Shown here in pieces: positions 9,586-18,319 of a stretch of 64,000 bases of DNA. The stretch lies in NCBI GenBank assembly GCA_023267275.1, contig JAHFNO010000006.1:9519-73518 (forward strand), in the 5' to 3' direction. Both the position numbers and the translations under genes were made by a program. The notes beneath the pieces are model-generated. The model saw only the letters and a program-made list of their open reading frames with translations. It was not told where the DNA came from and did not search any database. This DNA is from Candidatus Nomurabacteria bacterium (GTDB taxonomy: Bacteria; Patescibacteriota; Minisyncoccia; Phycocordibacterales; UBA9973). Position 1 is the stretch's first letter, and the number at the start of each line of letters is the position of its first letter.

Positions 9586-11328
9586 ATGAATAAAAAAATA
9601 TTTATTTTTCTTTTTGTTATACTTTCTTTTTTTGTAAAAATCCCATTTACATCTGCGGGTTTGCAACCATTCCCCAGCCCAACAATAAAAATTGTCTCTC
9701 TGGGTGGAGAAAACTATTCGATCGAGTTAACTTTTACAATGGATTCAGTAACATTAGAATCCATTAAAGACAGTCCGTTCCGTGTATCCCTAGCTCATAA
9801 AAATAGCAAGAAGGGTGCTACTGTATCAGATTCAGATACAATGGAAACATGTGCAAGAGAAGGCTCAACTTCTTTATATACATGCCCAATACAAAACTTA
9901 AAAAATGGGGATACTGAGGTTTTTCAGGTTGGAATAAATAAAAATACAGCTTTGGGTGTTTCCTGGTCTCCTTTATACCAACCAGCAACAACAACAATAA
10001 ATGAACCAGTCTCAACACCTTCATTCACCCTTCAAGGAAAACCTGTGGTAAGTGGAATGACTGCAACTGCTACAGTAAACGCCTCAAACCTTCCAGCTCA
10101 AGGCGGAATATATTACCTTGAATTAGGAGATGCGATGTCAAAATCAGGTGCAAGCAACTACACATGTACAATGAATTCAGGTTTACGTTCACCAGAAATA
10201 CCTGCTGGACATGGAAATCCAAATACCATCAGTTACACATTCACATTGCCACTTCCCGGTGGGTACTGTGTTGGATTGTTACAAAAAAATCTTAATGGGA
10301 GTGTGCGAACCCCCGATGGTGTTCCTGAATATTTTCCTGACTCATTATTTTTTACAGACGGGGTCACTCCACCTCCTGGAGCAACACTTAGTGGAACAGC
10401 AAATAAACTTGGTTGTGTAGCTGGAGACGGCAATAGTGGATACTGTTTACTCGCACCGCTTCCTGGAATTGGAGACCCGAATACTGGATATATCGATGTT
10501 ACCAAAGGCATGGGTAACTATATCAACATGATTATCCGTCTTGTACTTGGTCTCATTGGTGTGCTTGCAGTATTTATGATTATTGTTGGTGGTATCGAAT
10601 ACATGTCGACGGTTTCGCTCGGAGAAAAAGAGGGTGCAAGAACCCGTATTACCAACGCACTATTTGGACTTCTCCTTGCTCTTGCTTCATATATTCTCTT
10701 AAATACAATCAATCCTAACCTTGTAAGTCTGAAAGTGGCTATTCCAAATGCAACTATTGAATATGCCTCAGATGAAGGAAATGAAACAAGCGATATAACC
10801 CCTCCAACTCCAAACATTTCTGGTATTCAAGTTTTCCCAAGCGACACAGCGCAAAATCTGGCAAAACAAATACTGAAAACGCCGGCAATTACCTACCGCA
10901 CACTTCAAGATGAAGCTACAGCAACACCAAAACAAAATATTGAAGATACTGCAGCTGGCAATTCTGCTATGACAAGTAGTAGAGGAGATGTGGGAGCTCA
11001 AAAGGTTGCGTTGGCTGCTCCAATGCTTACTGGATTACTCACAGCTGCAAAATTCTCTTCAATAGAAATTACTGAGATCACTGGGGGAAAACATAGCCCT
11101 GGATCAGCACATTATTTTGGTAGAGCGTTTGATGTTACTGCATCAAAAAATGACACTTCGAGAAATATACAAGTGATGAATGCTTGTCTTGCCGCAAAAG
11201 CAAAAATGAGTCAAATATTTGGACCCTGTTCAGGCTCTTACCGAAGCGATGGAAAATTTACAATATGTGCCGATACAGGGTATCTCACAAACAAAGACCA
11301 TCAAACACATATTCACTGTGGCTGGTAG
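9586..11328 (+). CDS. Secreted protein with pilin-like two-helix membrane hairpin and C-terminal peptidase M15-like (cell-wall hydrolase) domain
   Basis: A signal peptide, then a TM hairpin (NMIIRLVLGLIGVLAVFMIIVGGIEYM ... ITNALFGLLLALASYILLNTINPNLV) reminiscent of VirB2/TrbC pilins. The C-terminus carries an H-x6-D motif (SPGSAHYFGRAFDV) and a terminal HIHCGW, like Zn DD/LD-peptidases. Confidence 0.45.
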   Translation: MNKKIFIFLFVILSFFVKIPFTSAGLQPFPSPTIKIVSLGGENYSIELTFTMDSVTLESIKDSPFRVSLAHKNSKKGATVSDSDTMETCAREGSTSLYTCPIQNLKNGDTEVFQVGINKNTALGVSWSPLYQPATTTINEPVSTPSFTLQGKPVVSGMTATATVNASNLPAQGGIYYLELGDAMSKSGASNYTCTMNSGLRSPEIPAGHGNPNTISYTFTLPLPGGYCVGLLQKNLNGSVRTPDGVPEYFPDSLFFTDGVTPPPGATLSGTANKLGCVAGDGNSGYCLLAPLPGIGDPNTGYIDVTKGMGNYINMIIRLVLGLIGVLAVFMIIVGGIEYMSTVSLGEKEGARTRITNALFGLLLALASYILLNTINPNLVSLKVAIPNATIEYASDEGNETSDITPPTPNISGIQVFPSDTAQNLAKQILKTPAITYRTLQDEATATPKQNIEDTAAGNSAMTSSRGDVGAQKVALAAPMLTGLLTAAKFSSIEITEITGGKHSPGSAHYFGRAFDVTASKNDTSRNIQVMNACLAAKAKMSQIFGPCSGSYRSDGKFTICADTGYLTNKDHQTHIHCGW

Positions 11329-11412
11329 CTCTCGGTTGAATTGAGTCACCCTTTATACTTTATACTTGAGCTTTGCATAAGTGTCCCCTTATACTTTATA
11401 CTTGATTTACCC

Positions 11413-12687
11413 ATGTCTCGAAAAACAATTCTTATTCTCATTGCAATTCTCCTCGTCGCACTCGGTGTGTGGTTCTATTTTTCGAGCGGAACTCCTTCAG
11501 GAACAAATTCTTCTGGAACACAAAAAAGTCTTTTGAGTTCTCTTTTTCCTTTTGGCGCGGGGACCAACAATCAACAGAACATAAAAACACAAGAACAAGG
11601 AACAACAAATCCAACTGAAGAGACTCAGAGCTCGAATACTCCAGATAAACTCATTCAAATATCAAATCGATTGGTTGCTGGTTTTATTCCACTTGTCACA
11701 GACACTACACCCATCATTAAACACGACATTGGTGGCGGACCAGAGTCACAGATTACTCAAAGTATTTTCCCAACAGTTCGTTTTGCCGAAAAAGGCACGG
11801 GGTACATTTACGATATTGATGTAAAAGGACAGAACGAAAAAAAGATTTCTGAAACAGTGATCGCTCGAACAGCAGAAGCTCTTTTTGCAAACGGTGGTGT
11901 CAACGTATTGCTCCGCTATATTAAAACCGACAATACAACTATTGCCTCATTCCTCGGCACTGTTACAGCACCAGCAAATACCAATGCGGTCGGCACACTT
12001 ACTGGAAATTTCCTTGAGGAAAATATTCCGACTGTCACAACATCACCTGACAAAAAGAATTTTCTCTTTTTAATACCAACAAACACGGGTATCGCTGGTA
12101 TCAGTATGAAAGGCGATGGAAGCGGTAAGAAGCAATTGTTTACGAGTTCTTTCTCTGAATGGCTCCTCGATTGGGGAACGAGCCCAATGCTTACCAGCAA
12201 GGCTTCTAGCACTGTTCCTGGCTATGCATACACTGTACTTGCCGGTGGATCACTGCAAAAAGTACTGGGCAATATAGATGGCCTTACTACAAAGATTAGT
12301 CCGGATGGAAAGACACTACTCTATAGCGTTTCTGGTGGAGGAAGTCTCAATTTACACATCCTAACGCTAAAAACCGGAGTTGATACAAATACCGGTCTTA
12401 CAACACTTCCGGAAAAATGTACTTGGAATACAACGAGTACTGTCGTTTATTGCGGAGTAGGTACGGCAATAGTATCAGCAGAATATCCTGACTCATGGTA
12501 CAAAGGTGTCACTCATTTCACAGATTCATTTTGGAAAATAGACACAACCACAAAAACCACGACGGAAATAAATACGGGGGAGGGAAACAATCTTGATGTA
12601 ATAAATCCAAGCATCGACCCAACTAGTCAATATCTTATTTTCATAAACAAAACAAACGGTAGTCTTTGGTCTTTACAACTCAATTAA
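11413..12687 (+). CDS. membrane-anchored protein with TolB-like beta-propeller repeats
   Basis: The ORF track starts at 11341, but the Met at 11413 begins a TM anchor (MSRKTILILIAILLVALGVWFYF). PDGKTLLYS-type repeats are present. Confidence 0.45.
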   Translation: MSRKTILILIAILLVALGVWFYFSSGTPSGTNSSGTQKSLLSSLFPFGAGTNNQQNIKTQEQGTTNPTEETQSSNTPDKLIQISNRLVAGFIPLVTDTTPIIKHDIGGGPESQITQSIFPTVRFAEKGTGYIYDIDVKGQNEKKISETVIARTAEALFANGGVNVLLRYIKTDNTTIASFLGTVTAPANTNAVGTLTGNFLEENIPTVTTSPDKKNFLFLIPTNTGIAGISMKGDGSGKKQLFTSSFSEWLLDWGTSPMLTSKASSTVPGYAYTVLAGGSLQKVLGNIDGLTTKISPDGKTLLYSVSGGGSLNLHILTLKTGVDTNTGLTTLPEKCTWNTTSTVVYCGVGTAIVSAEYPDSWYKGVTHFTDSFWKIDTTTKTTTEINTGEGNNLDVINPSIDPTSQYLIFINKTNGSLWSLQLN

Positions 12688-12705
12688 TCACAAGAGCAAG
12701 AGAAC

Positions 12706-12853
12706 AATGAATTACCCCGAGCTTACGCTCGGGGTATCTTATATAGAAATACAGCAAAGCTGTATTTCCTTGTGTCCAGAGAGCCCAGGACACAAGAACT
12801 CGCTGCATCACGCGACCTTACGGTCGCGGTATTGGGTGGAAGCCCAGCGTAAT
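12706..12853 (+). repeat. 146-nt multi-hairpin repeat, copy 1 (identical copy at 28868-29015)
   Basis: Identical sequence at both loci. Hairpins CCCCGAGC-TTAC-GCTCGGGG, ATACAGC-AAA-GCTGTAT, TTGTGTCC-N10-GGACACAA and GCGACC-TTAC-GGTCGC, plus an outer CGCTG/CAGCG stem. Each copy is followed by a different intrinsic terminator. Confidence 0.7.
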
Positions 12854-12924
12854 AAAACAAAAATCAAAACCGCGCCTGGCGCGGTTTTGATTTAGTGTGT
12901 TTATGATTTCTTGTTCTGGTGTTT

Positions 12925-13431
12925 TTATGTTCTTGTGTCTCGATATCGAATAACAATGTGTCGTTTCATTCCATCACCCGCTGATTCGGTGTACACATCA
13001 GGGACTTCTCCGAGGAACTCGTGAATGATGCGGCGTTCGTGTGGAGGCATTGGGTCGAGATCAACACTTGATTTAAAATACCGTGCGCGTTCTGCCATCA
13101 TGTGTGCGATGGTTTTTAAATTGTCGATTTTCTTTTTCTCAACATTATTTGCATCAATCACCACACGTGGTCGAACTGTTTCTTCACGCATGATTTGTTC
13201 AACAACTTTTGTTGCCAAGTGATTGAGTGCAGTGAGTGCTTCACCATCACGATTTGAAAGAAGGCGAGTGTGCGGGGAAGTAATAGAAAACCAAATAGTA
13301 TTCATTTTCTCATCATACGAAACAGTAACATCAGCCTCAGTAAAACCGAGTTGAGCAAGCATGCCTTTTATATATGTATGTATTTGGTCGTGTTTCATAG
13401 CGTATATCTCAAATCCTATATTTTGTATCAA
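12925..13431 (-). CDS. jag: RNA-binding protein Jag/KhpB (KH + R3H domains)
   Basis: R3H motif ERRIIHEFL; conserved position downstream of yidC. Confidence 0.75.
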   Translation of the reverse strand: MIQNIGFEIYAMKHDQIHTYIKGMLAQLGFTEADVTVSYDEKMNTIWFSITSPHTRLLSNRDGEALTALNHLATKVVEQIMREETVRPRVVIDANNVEKKKIDNLKTIAHMMAERARYFKSSVDLDPMPPHERRIIHEFLGEVPDVYTESAGDGMKRHIVIRYRDTRT

Positions 13432-13471
13432 TTAGAGGAAAGCCCGCCGATAGGCGGGCTTTTAAGAAAGA

Positions 13472-14200
13472 TTAAGCTTGTTTCTTCGCCTTCATCTTGC
13501 TTCGTGTGTAGAGCTCCTGACCTATAGTAAAGATATTACTCGTAATCCAATAAAGCGCAACTGCTGAAGGAAAAAGGAAGTAAGAGAGTCCGGCAGTCAT
13601 AATAGGGAGTCCATAAATCATTTGTACCTGCATATTCTTGGCAAATTCGGCTTGCATACCAGTACCTGTTGGCTTTGCCTGACGACTCTGCATAAGTTTT
13701 GCTTGTACAAACTGTGTTACTCCAACCAAAACAGCAAATACAATACTGTGCTTCACCGAAAGATCGATAAATCCCAAGAAGTGGAGATTGATGAGTGCTG
13801 GCTGGTGTACAAATGAATAGAGTGTCGCTGGTTGAACAATAGTAAGGATTCCAAGAAAGGCTCGATAGAGAGCAATGAGTACCACAGCCTGGATCAAGAG
13901 TGGCATACAACTTGAAAACGGACTGATATTCTTTTCTTTATACAGTGCGAAAATTTGTTTGTTCTGTTCGGTTTTATCAGTAACTTTTTCTTTGATAGCA
14001 GCAACTTCATCTTGCACACTAGTCATTTTGATCTGGCCTTCGATTGCATGCTGGTTGAGCGGGAAGAGGGCGAGTTTGATAATAATTGTAAGAATAATAA
14101 CCGCAAGACCAAGGTCTCCGTGTGGCAAAATACCAATACCAAAGATCAGTGCATTGTAAAAAGGCTGATAAAAAACAGCGGTCCAAAAAGTGTGTAACAT
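13472..14200 (-). CDS. yidC: membrane protein insertase YidC (short form)
   Basis: Polytopic 242-aa protein in the conserved rnpA-yidD-yidC-jag order. Confidence 0.8.
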   Translation of the reverse strand: MLHTFWTAVFYQPFYNALIFGIGILPHGDLGLAVIILTIIIKLALFPLNQHAIEGQIKMTSVQDEVAAIKEKVTDKTEQNKQIFALYKEKNISPFSSCMPLLIQAVVLIALYRAFLGILTIVQPATLYSFVHQPALINLHFLGFIDLSVKHSIVFAVLVGVTQFVQAKLMQSRQAKPTGTGMQAEFAKNMQVQMIYGLPIMTAGLSYFLFPSAVALYWITSNIFTIGQELYTRSKMKAKKQA

Positions 14201-14310
14201 TGGGTCATTATATCACTAGAGCACGAGAACATGAAAACAAATAAAACCACGCCAGGCGCGGTTTTATTATATCGTGTTTTTATGATTTTTTGTTCTGGTG
14301 TTCTTGTGGT

Positions 14311-14592
14311 TCATGGAACCAGGTCTACACCTGGTGTATTGCGTGGATTACAACGAAGAAGTCGTTTTGATCCTAGATAAACACCTTTGATGGTGCCGTG
14401 TTTTTCAATAGCTTGCTTCATATATTCAGAGCATGTCGGGTAGTACATACACACCTTCCGATTAAGACCAAAAAATCGTGGAATACGTCCGGTGTCAAAA
14501 GACAAGAACTTTTGGTAAAAGATAATCAAAAATATAAAGGGTTTCTTAGAAATTGTGGTCACTGTTTTTATGATCTTTTGTTTATTGTTCAT
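14311..14592 (-). CDS. yidD: membrane protein insertion efficiency factor YidD
   Basis: CMYYPTCSEY motif. Confidence 0.8.
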   Translation of the reverse strand: MNNKQKIIKTVTTISKKPFIFLIIFYQKFLSFDTGRIPRFFGLNRKVCMYYPTCSEYMKQAIEKHGTIKGVYLGSKRLLRCNPRNTPGVDLVP

Positions 14593-14935
14593 TGACTCTA
14601 TATATTCGCGCTTGAATAAACGCTTTTTTGAGTTCTTCCCGCATTTCAGGAATGGTTGTCTTGATATCTGGGTTTGTATAAGAAACGAGGGCTACGGCAG
14701 TTGGGGAAAGAAAGGGGATAAGTGGTCGCACAGCATCATACCCTCGTCGGCGAAGCTTATTTCGAAGCACAGCTTTTGGTGCAATCTTCTTTGAGGCGCT
14801 GAAGGATACTTGGGGAGCTGTATGGGAAGGAATTTGTGTATACAAAACAAGAAAGCGCGAAGTTTTTAACCTTCGGCCCTTGAGAAGATGCTTTTCTATC
14901 GTTTGCTTCGTAATACGCGATCTCTTTGGAAGCAT
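14582..14935 (-). CDS. rnpA: ribonuclease P protein component
   Basis: Basic 117-aa protein immediately downstream of rpmH in the conserved context. Confidence 0.75.
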   Translation of the reverse strand: MLPKRSRITKQTIEKHLLKGRRLKTSRFLVLYTQIPSHTAPQVSFSASKKIAPKAVLRNKLRRRGYDAVRPLIPFLSPTAVALVSYTNPDIKTTIPEMREELKKAFIQARIYRVNEQ

Positions 14936-14994
14936 GTAATGAATTTCTAAATCCTAATGTCTAATTTCTAAAAAAGACCTAGGTATAAAGAAAA

Positions 14995-15129
14995 TTAGAG
15001 TGCGATTTTAGCGCGACCTTTCTGGCGTCTCTTTGCCAAGACTTTTCGTCCGGAAGTAGATTTTGAGCGAACGAGGAAACCGTGGGTTTTTGCTCGTTTT
15101 CTCTTTTTTGGCTGGTAGGTAAATGACAT
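14995..15129 (-). CDS. rpmH: 50S ribosomal protein L34
   Basis: [44 protein letters not shown]; the internal Met at 15129 is used rather than the longer ORF start. Confidence 0.9.
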   Translation of the reverse strand: MSFTYQPKKRKRAKTHGFLVRSKSTSGRKVLAKRRQKGRAKIAL

Positions 15130-15538
15130 AGAGCCAATATAGCACAAGAACATAAAAACACAAGAACAATAAAACAAAAAATATGAAAACCTGACTTATA
15201 GCTATAGGGTGTGTGTTGGTGGTCTAATGTTCCTTTGTTCTTGTGATTATGGTTCTTGTGATCTTGTAATTTAGTGTTCTATTGAATTTTTTGTTTTCAT
15301 GTTCATTTGTTCTTGTGTTATATTGGTTACCCACAGGTTATCAACAGAGATATGCATCGATATTTCTACTCAAAAAAACCTCGGCCTATATAATCGAACT
15401 TATGGATCCCGTAGTAGAAAATGACATTAAAGAAGCGGGACTGTAAGAGTGTGGTAAACATAAAAAGAAAACCGTTACTAGTATTAATTTAGAAAATGGG
15501 TCGCTTCTTTAAGAAGCAATGTCATTTCTCACTACGGG
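15130..15538. promoter_or_regulatory. candidate oriC part 1 / dnaA promoter region
   Basis: Strand switch between rpmH (-) and dnaA (+). DnaA-box-like 9-mers TTACCCACA, TTATCAACA and TGTGGTAAA each carry 1-2 mismatches to TTATCCACA. Multiple GTTCTTGTG repeats are present. Confidence 0.5.
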
Positions 15539-16900
15539 ATGGATACAAAAGAACTCTGGGACCACTGTTTAGTCGAGATTGAAAGTGAAGTTTCAAAGGC
15601 TAATTTCAGTACTTGGTTTAAAAACACTTCATTAGTAAAAGAAGATGCCGGAACGGTGTTTGTTGGTGTGCCAAATGAATTCGTCAAAGACTGGCTTTCA
15701 AACAAATTCCACAAACTCATCATGCGCGTACTCCGAAACGCATGGGAACACACTCGCAATGTTGAATACATGGTAGTAAAAGGCGATCCAAAGTCGCACA
15801 AAATTGAAGTTTCAAGCCAATTGAAGCCAGATTTTGCTATCAGCCAAGAACTTCCTCTCAAAGACCTCTATGTAAACAAGGATGACAACCTCAATCCTCG
15901 TTATACGTTCGATACATTCATCGTTGGACCATTCAACGAGCTCGCATATGCTGCCACACAAGCTGCAGTGGCTCGTCCAGGTAAGCAATACAACCCGCTT
16001 TTCATCTATGGATCGTCTGGTCTTGGAAAAACCCACCTCATTCAAGCAGTAGGGAATGCTATCAAGGAAAAATATCCAGAAAAAAAGGTGTACTACATCA
16101 CGCAGGAAAAATTTACGGTTGATTACATCAACTCAGTACAATCAAACCGTGGTGCTGGAAATACTTTTAAGGAAAAATATCGTAAGTATGATGCGATTAT
16201 TATTGACGACGTACAACTTGTAGGAAAAGCGGAAAAAACCCAAGAAGAATTATTCCATTTATTCAACAGCTATCACGAAGCAGGGAAGCAGATTGTCTTT
16301 TCTTCTGATAAACACCCAAACTTTATTCCGGGATTGGAAGATCGTATGCGCACTCGTTTTGCGCAGGGTATGATAGTGGATATTACCGAGCCTGAATATG
16401 AGTCTCGTCTCGCAATTTTACGTTCAAAAGTACAAGAACTTGGACTCAACCTTCCAGATGAGCTTATGGAATACATTGCAAGCGCTATTGCCGGTAATGT
16501 GCGTGAGCTCGAGGGTAGTTTGAATGCAATCGTGCTTCAATCTCAACTCAAAGGACGTTTTCCAACACTCCTTGAAACAAAAAACCTTCTAAAAAATAGT
16601 ATCAAACAAAAGAAAACCGCTTCCGTAAAAGAAGTAGTGAAGACGATTGCTGACTTTTATAATGTAGAAGAGGCTTCTATTTACGAAAAGACTCGCCGAA
16701 AGGAGATTGTGAAGGTTCGCCAAATCGTGATGTTTATTCTCCGTGAAGATTTTAGTGTGTCATATCCACTTATTGGACAAAAACTCGGGGGAAAAGATCA
16801 CACCACTGTTATCCATTCATGCTTAAAAATAAAGAACGATATGAAAAACGACATGCTTATTGCTCAAGAATTAGATCAAATACGGGCATTGTTCAAATAA
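15539..16900 (+). CDS. dnaA: chromosomal replication initiator DnaA
   Basis: AAA+ Walker A GSSGLGKTHL and a C-terminal DNA-binding domain; characteristic position next to dnaN. Confidence 0.95.
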   Translation: MDTKELWDHCLVEIESEVSKANFSTWFKNTSLVKEDAGTVFVGVPNEFVKDWLSNKFHKLIMRVLRNAWEHTRNVEYMVVKGDPKSHKIEVSSQLKPDFAISQELPLKDLYVNKDDNLNPRYTFDTFIVGPFNELAYAATQAAVARPGKQYNPLFIYGSSGLGKTHLIQAVGNAIKEKYPEKKVYYITQEKFTVDYINSVQSNRGAGNTFKEKYRKYDAIIIDDVQLVGKAEKTQEELFHLFNSYHEAGKQIVFSSDKHPNFIPGLEDRMRTRFAQGMIVDITEPEYESRLAILRSKVQELGLNLPDELMEYIASAIAGNVRELEGSLNAIVLQSQLKGRFPTLLETKNLLKNSIKQKKTASVKEVVKTIADFYNVEEASIYEKTRRKEIVKVRQIVMFILREDFSVSYPLIGQKLGGKDHTTVIHSCLKIKNDMKNDMLIAQELDQIRALFK

Positions 16901-17124
16901 TTGAAGGTTTTGGGTAAAGGTCTGTGGAAAAAGGGTGTGAATATGTGGAATGAATGTGAATAAAAAGAGTGATTTAAAACAAGAAAAAATAGGTGTGTGT
17001 ATAAGATTCTCATTATCAACAGTTGTATAAAAGAAAAAATACAGATTATAGGTTTACAATATAAAGGTATTTCAATCTTATACACATTTCCACAGGGTTA
17101 ATAGTAATAGTAATTTATATATAT
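16901..17124. promoter_or_regulatory. candidate oriC part 2 (dnaA-dnaN intergenic): DnaA-box cluster + AT-rich unwinding element
   Basis: Box-like sites TGTGGAAAA, TGTGGAATG, TGTGAATAA, TTATCAACA and TTTCCACAG, followed by taatagtaatagtaatttatatatat immediately before the dnaN ATG. Confidence 0.5.
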
Positions 17125-18222
17125 ATGATATTCGAAACTACTGTTGAAAAACTCATAACTATAATTGAAAATGCAGATCGTGTGACAGCACGAAATGCAT
17201 CACTCCCAGCACTAAGTACAATTCTTATGATTGTTTCCGGGAGTTCTCTAAAAGTACGAGCAACAAATCTTTCTCTTGGAGTTGAATTTGAAATACCAGT
17301 AAAAAAAGAAAAGGATGGTGTGATTGCACTCGACGGAAAAACACTCTATTCATTTTTAAGTACTCTTCCAAAAAACGAGAAAATAAAAATAGCACACAAT
17401 GAATCAACCCTCACTCTCACCACAGATCACAATCGCACTACAATCAAAACTCACCCATACGAAGATTTTCCTACACTCCCTTCTGTTTCAGGTACTCAAA
17501 TTCAAATACCACAGAAAGAATTTATTCGCGGTATAAAAAACACTTACTTTGCATCCGCTGTTTCTGATATCAAACCCGAGATTGCAAGTGTATTTATGTG
17601 TGCTGAAAAAAACACACTATTTTTTGTGGCTACAGACTCATTCCGTCTTGCTGAAAAGAAAGAAACAATCAAAAAAGCCGTAGAATTTTCTCCGATTCTC
17701 ATTCCATATAAAAACATTATTGAAATTGCTCGTATTCTTGAAAATAAAACAGAAGAAATAACACTTTCTATTAATGAAAATCAAATCGCAATAACGATTC
17801 CAGGAATATATATCACCTCACGACTTACTTCTGGAAGTTTTCCAGATTATAAGCAGATTATCCCCAAGGAATTTCTTACTGAAGTCGTAGTGTTGAAACA
17901 AGATTTACTTACTACACTCAAAACCGCAAACATTTTCTCAGATAAATTTAATCAAATTACGTTTTCTATTACGCCTTCCAAGAAAAAGTTTGAATGTGTA
18001 TCAAAAAATTCTGATGTTGGTGAATATTCTGGAGTAATCGACGCAACCCTCTCCGGAGATGATGTCTCAATCGCTCTCAATCAACGCTATTTGATTGAAT
18101 GTCTCTCATTCATCCCTCAAGACAGTATTACAATTGGACTCAATGGTGGCAGCAAGGCGGTCGTTATACGCGGTGTAGGAGATTCTTCATTCACATACCT
18201 CCTTATGCCGATGAATAGGTAA
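17125..18222 (+). CDS. dnaN: DNA polymerase III beta sliding clamp
   Basis: 365-aa protein directly after dnaA; three-domain clamp-like sequence. Confidence 0.85.
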   Translation: MIFETTVEKLITIIENADRVTARNASLPALSTILMIVSGSSLKVRATNLSLGVEFEIPVKKEKDGVIALDGKTLYSFLSTLPKNEKIKIAHNESTLTLTTDHNRTTIKTHPYEDFPTLPSVSGTQIQIPQKEFIRGIKNTYFASAVSDIKPEIASVFMCAEKNTLFFVATDSFRLAEKKETIKKAVEFSPILIPYKNIIEIARILENKTEEITLSINENQIAITIPGIYITSRLTSGSFPDYKQIIPKEFLTEVVVLKQDLLTTLKTANIFSDKFNQITFSITPSKKKFECVSKNSDVGEYSGVIDATLSGDDVSIALNQRYLIECLSFIPQDSITIGLNGGSKAVVIRGVGDSSFTYLLMPMNR

Positions 18223-18319
18223 ACCCAGGTGTTGGGTGTTTGGTTTTAGGTGTTAGAAAAATACAAATCAATTTTAAGATGATTTACTATTCCCTTAATC
18301 CTAATCCCTTTTCCCTACA

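Noticed and set aside
12707-12895. ORFs 12707-12895 and 28833-29081, both translating to MNYPELTLGVSYIEIQQSCISLCPESPGHKNSLHHATLRSRYWVEAQRNK...
   Set aside because: The shared peptide is a translation of the identical 146-nt hairpin-rich repeat. Downstream the two reading frames run through different intrinsic terminators and diverge. A structured RNA or repeat is more parsimonious than a protein.
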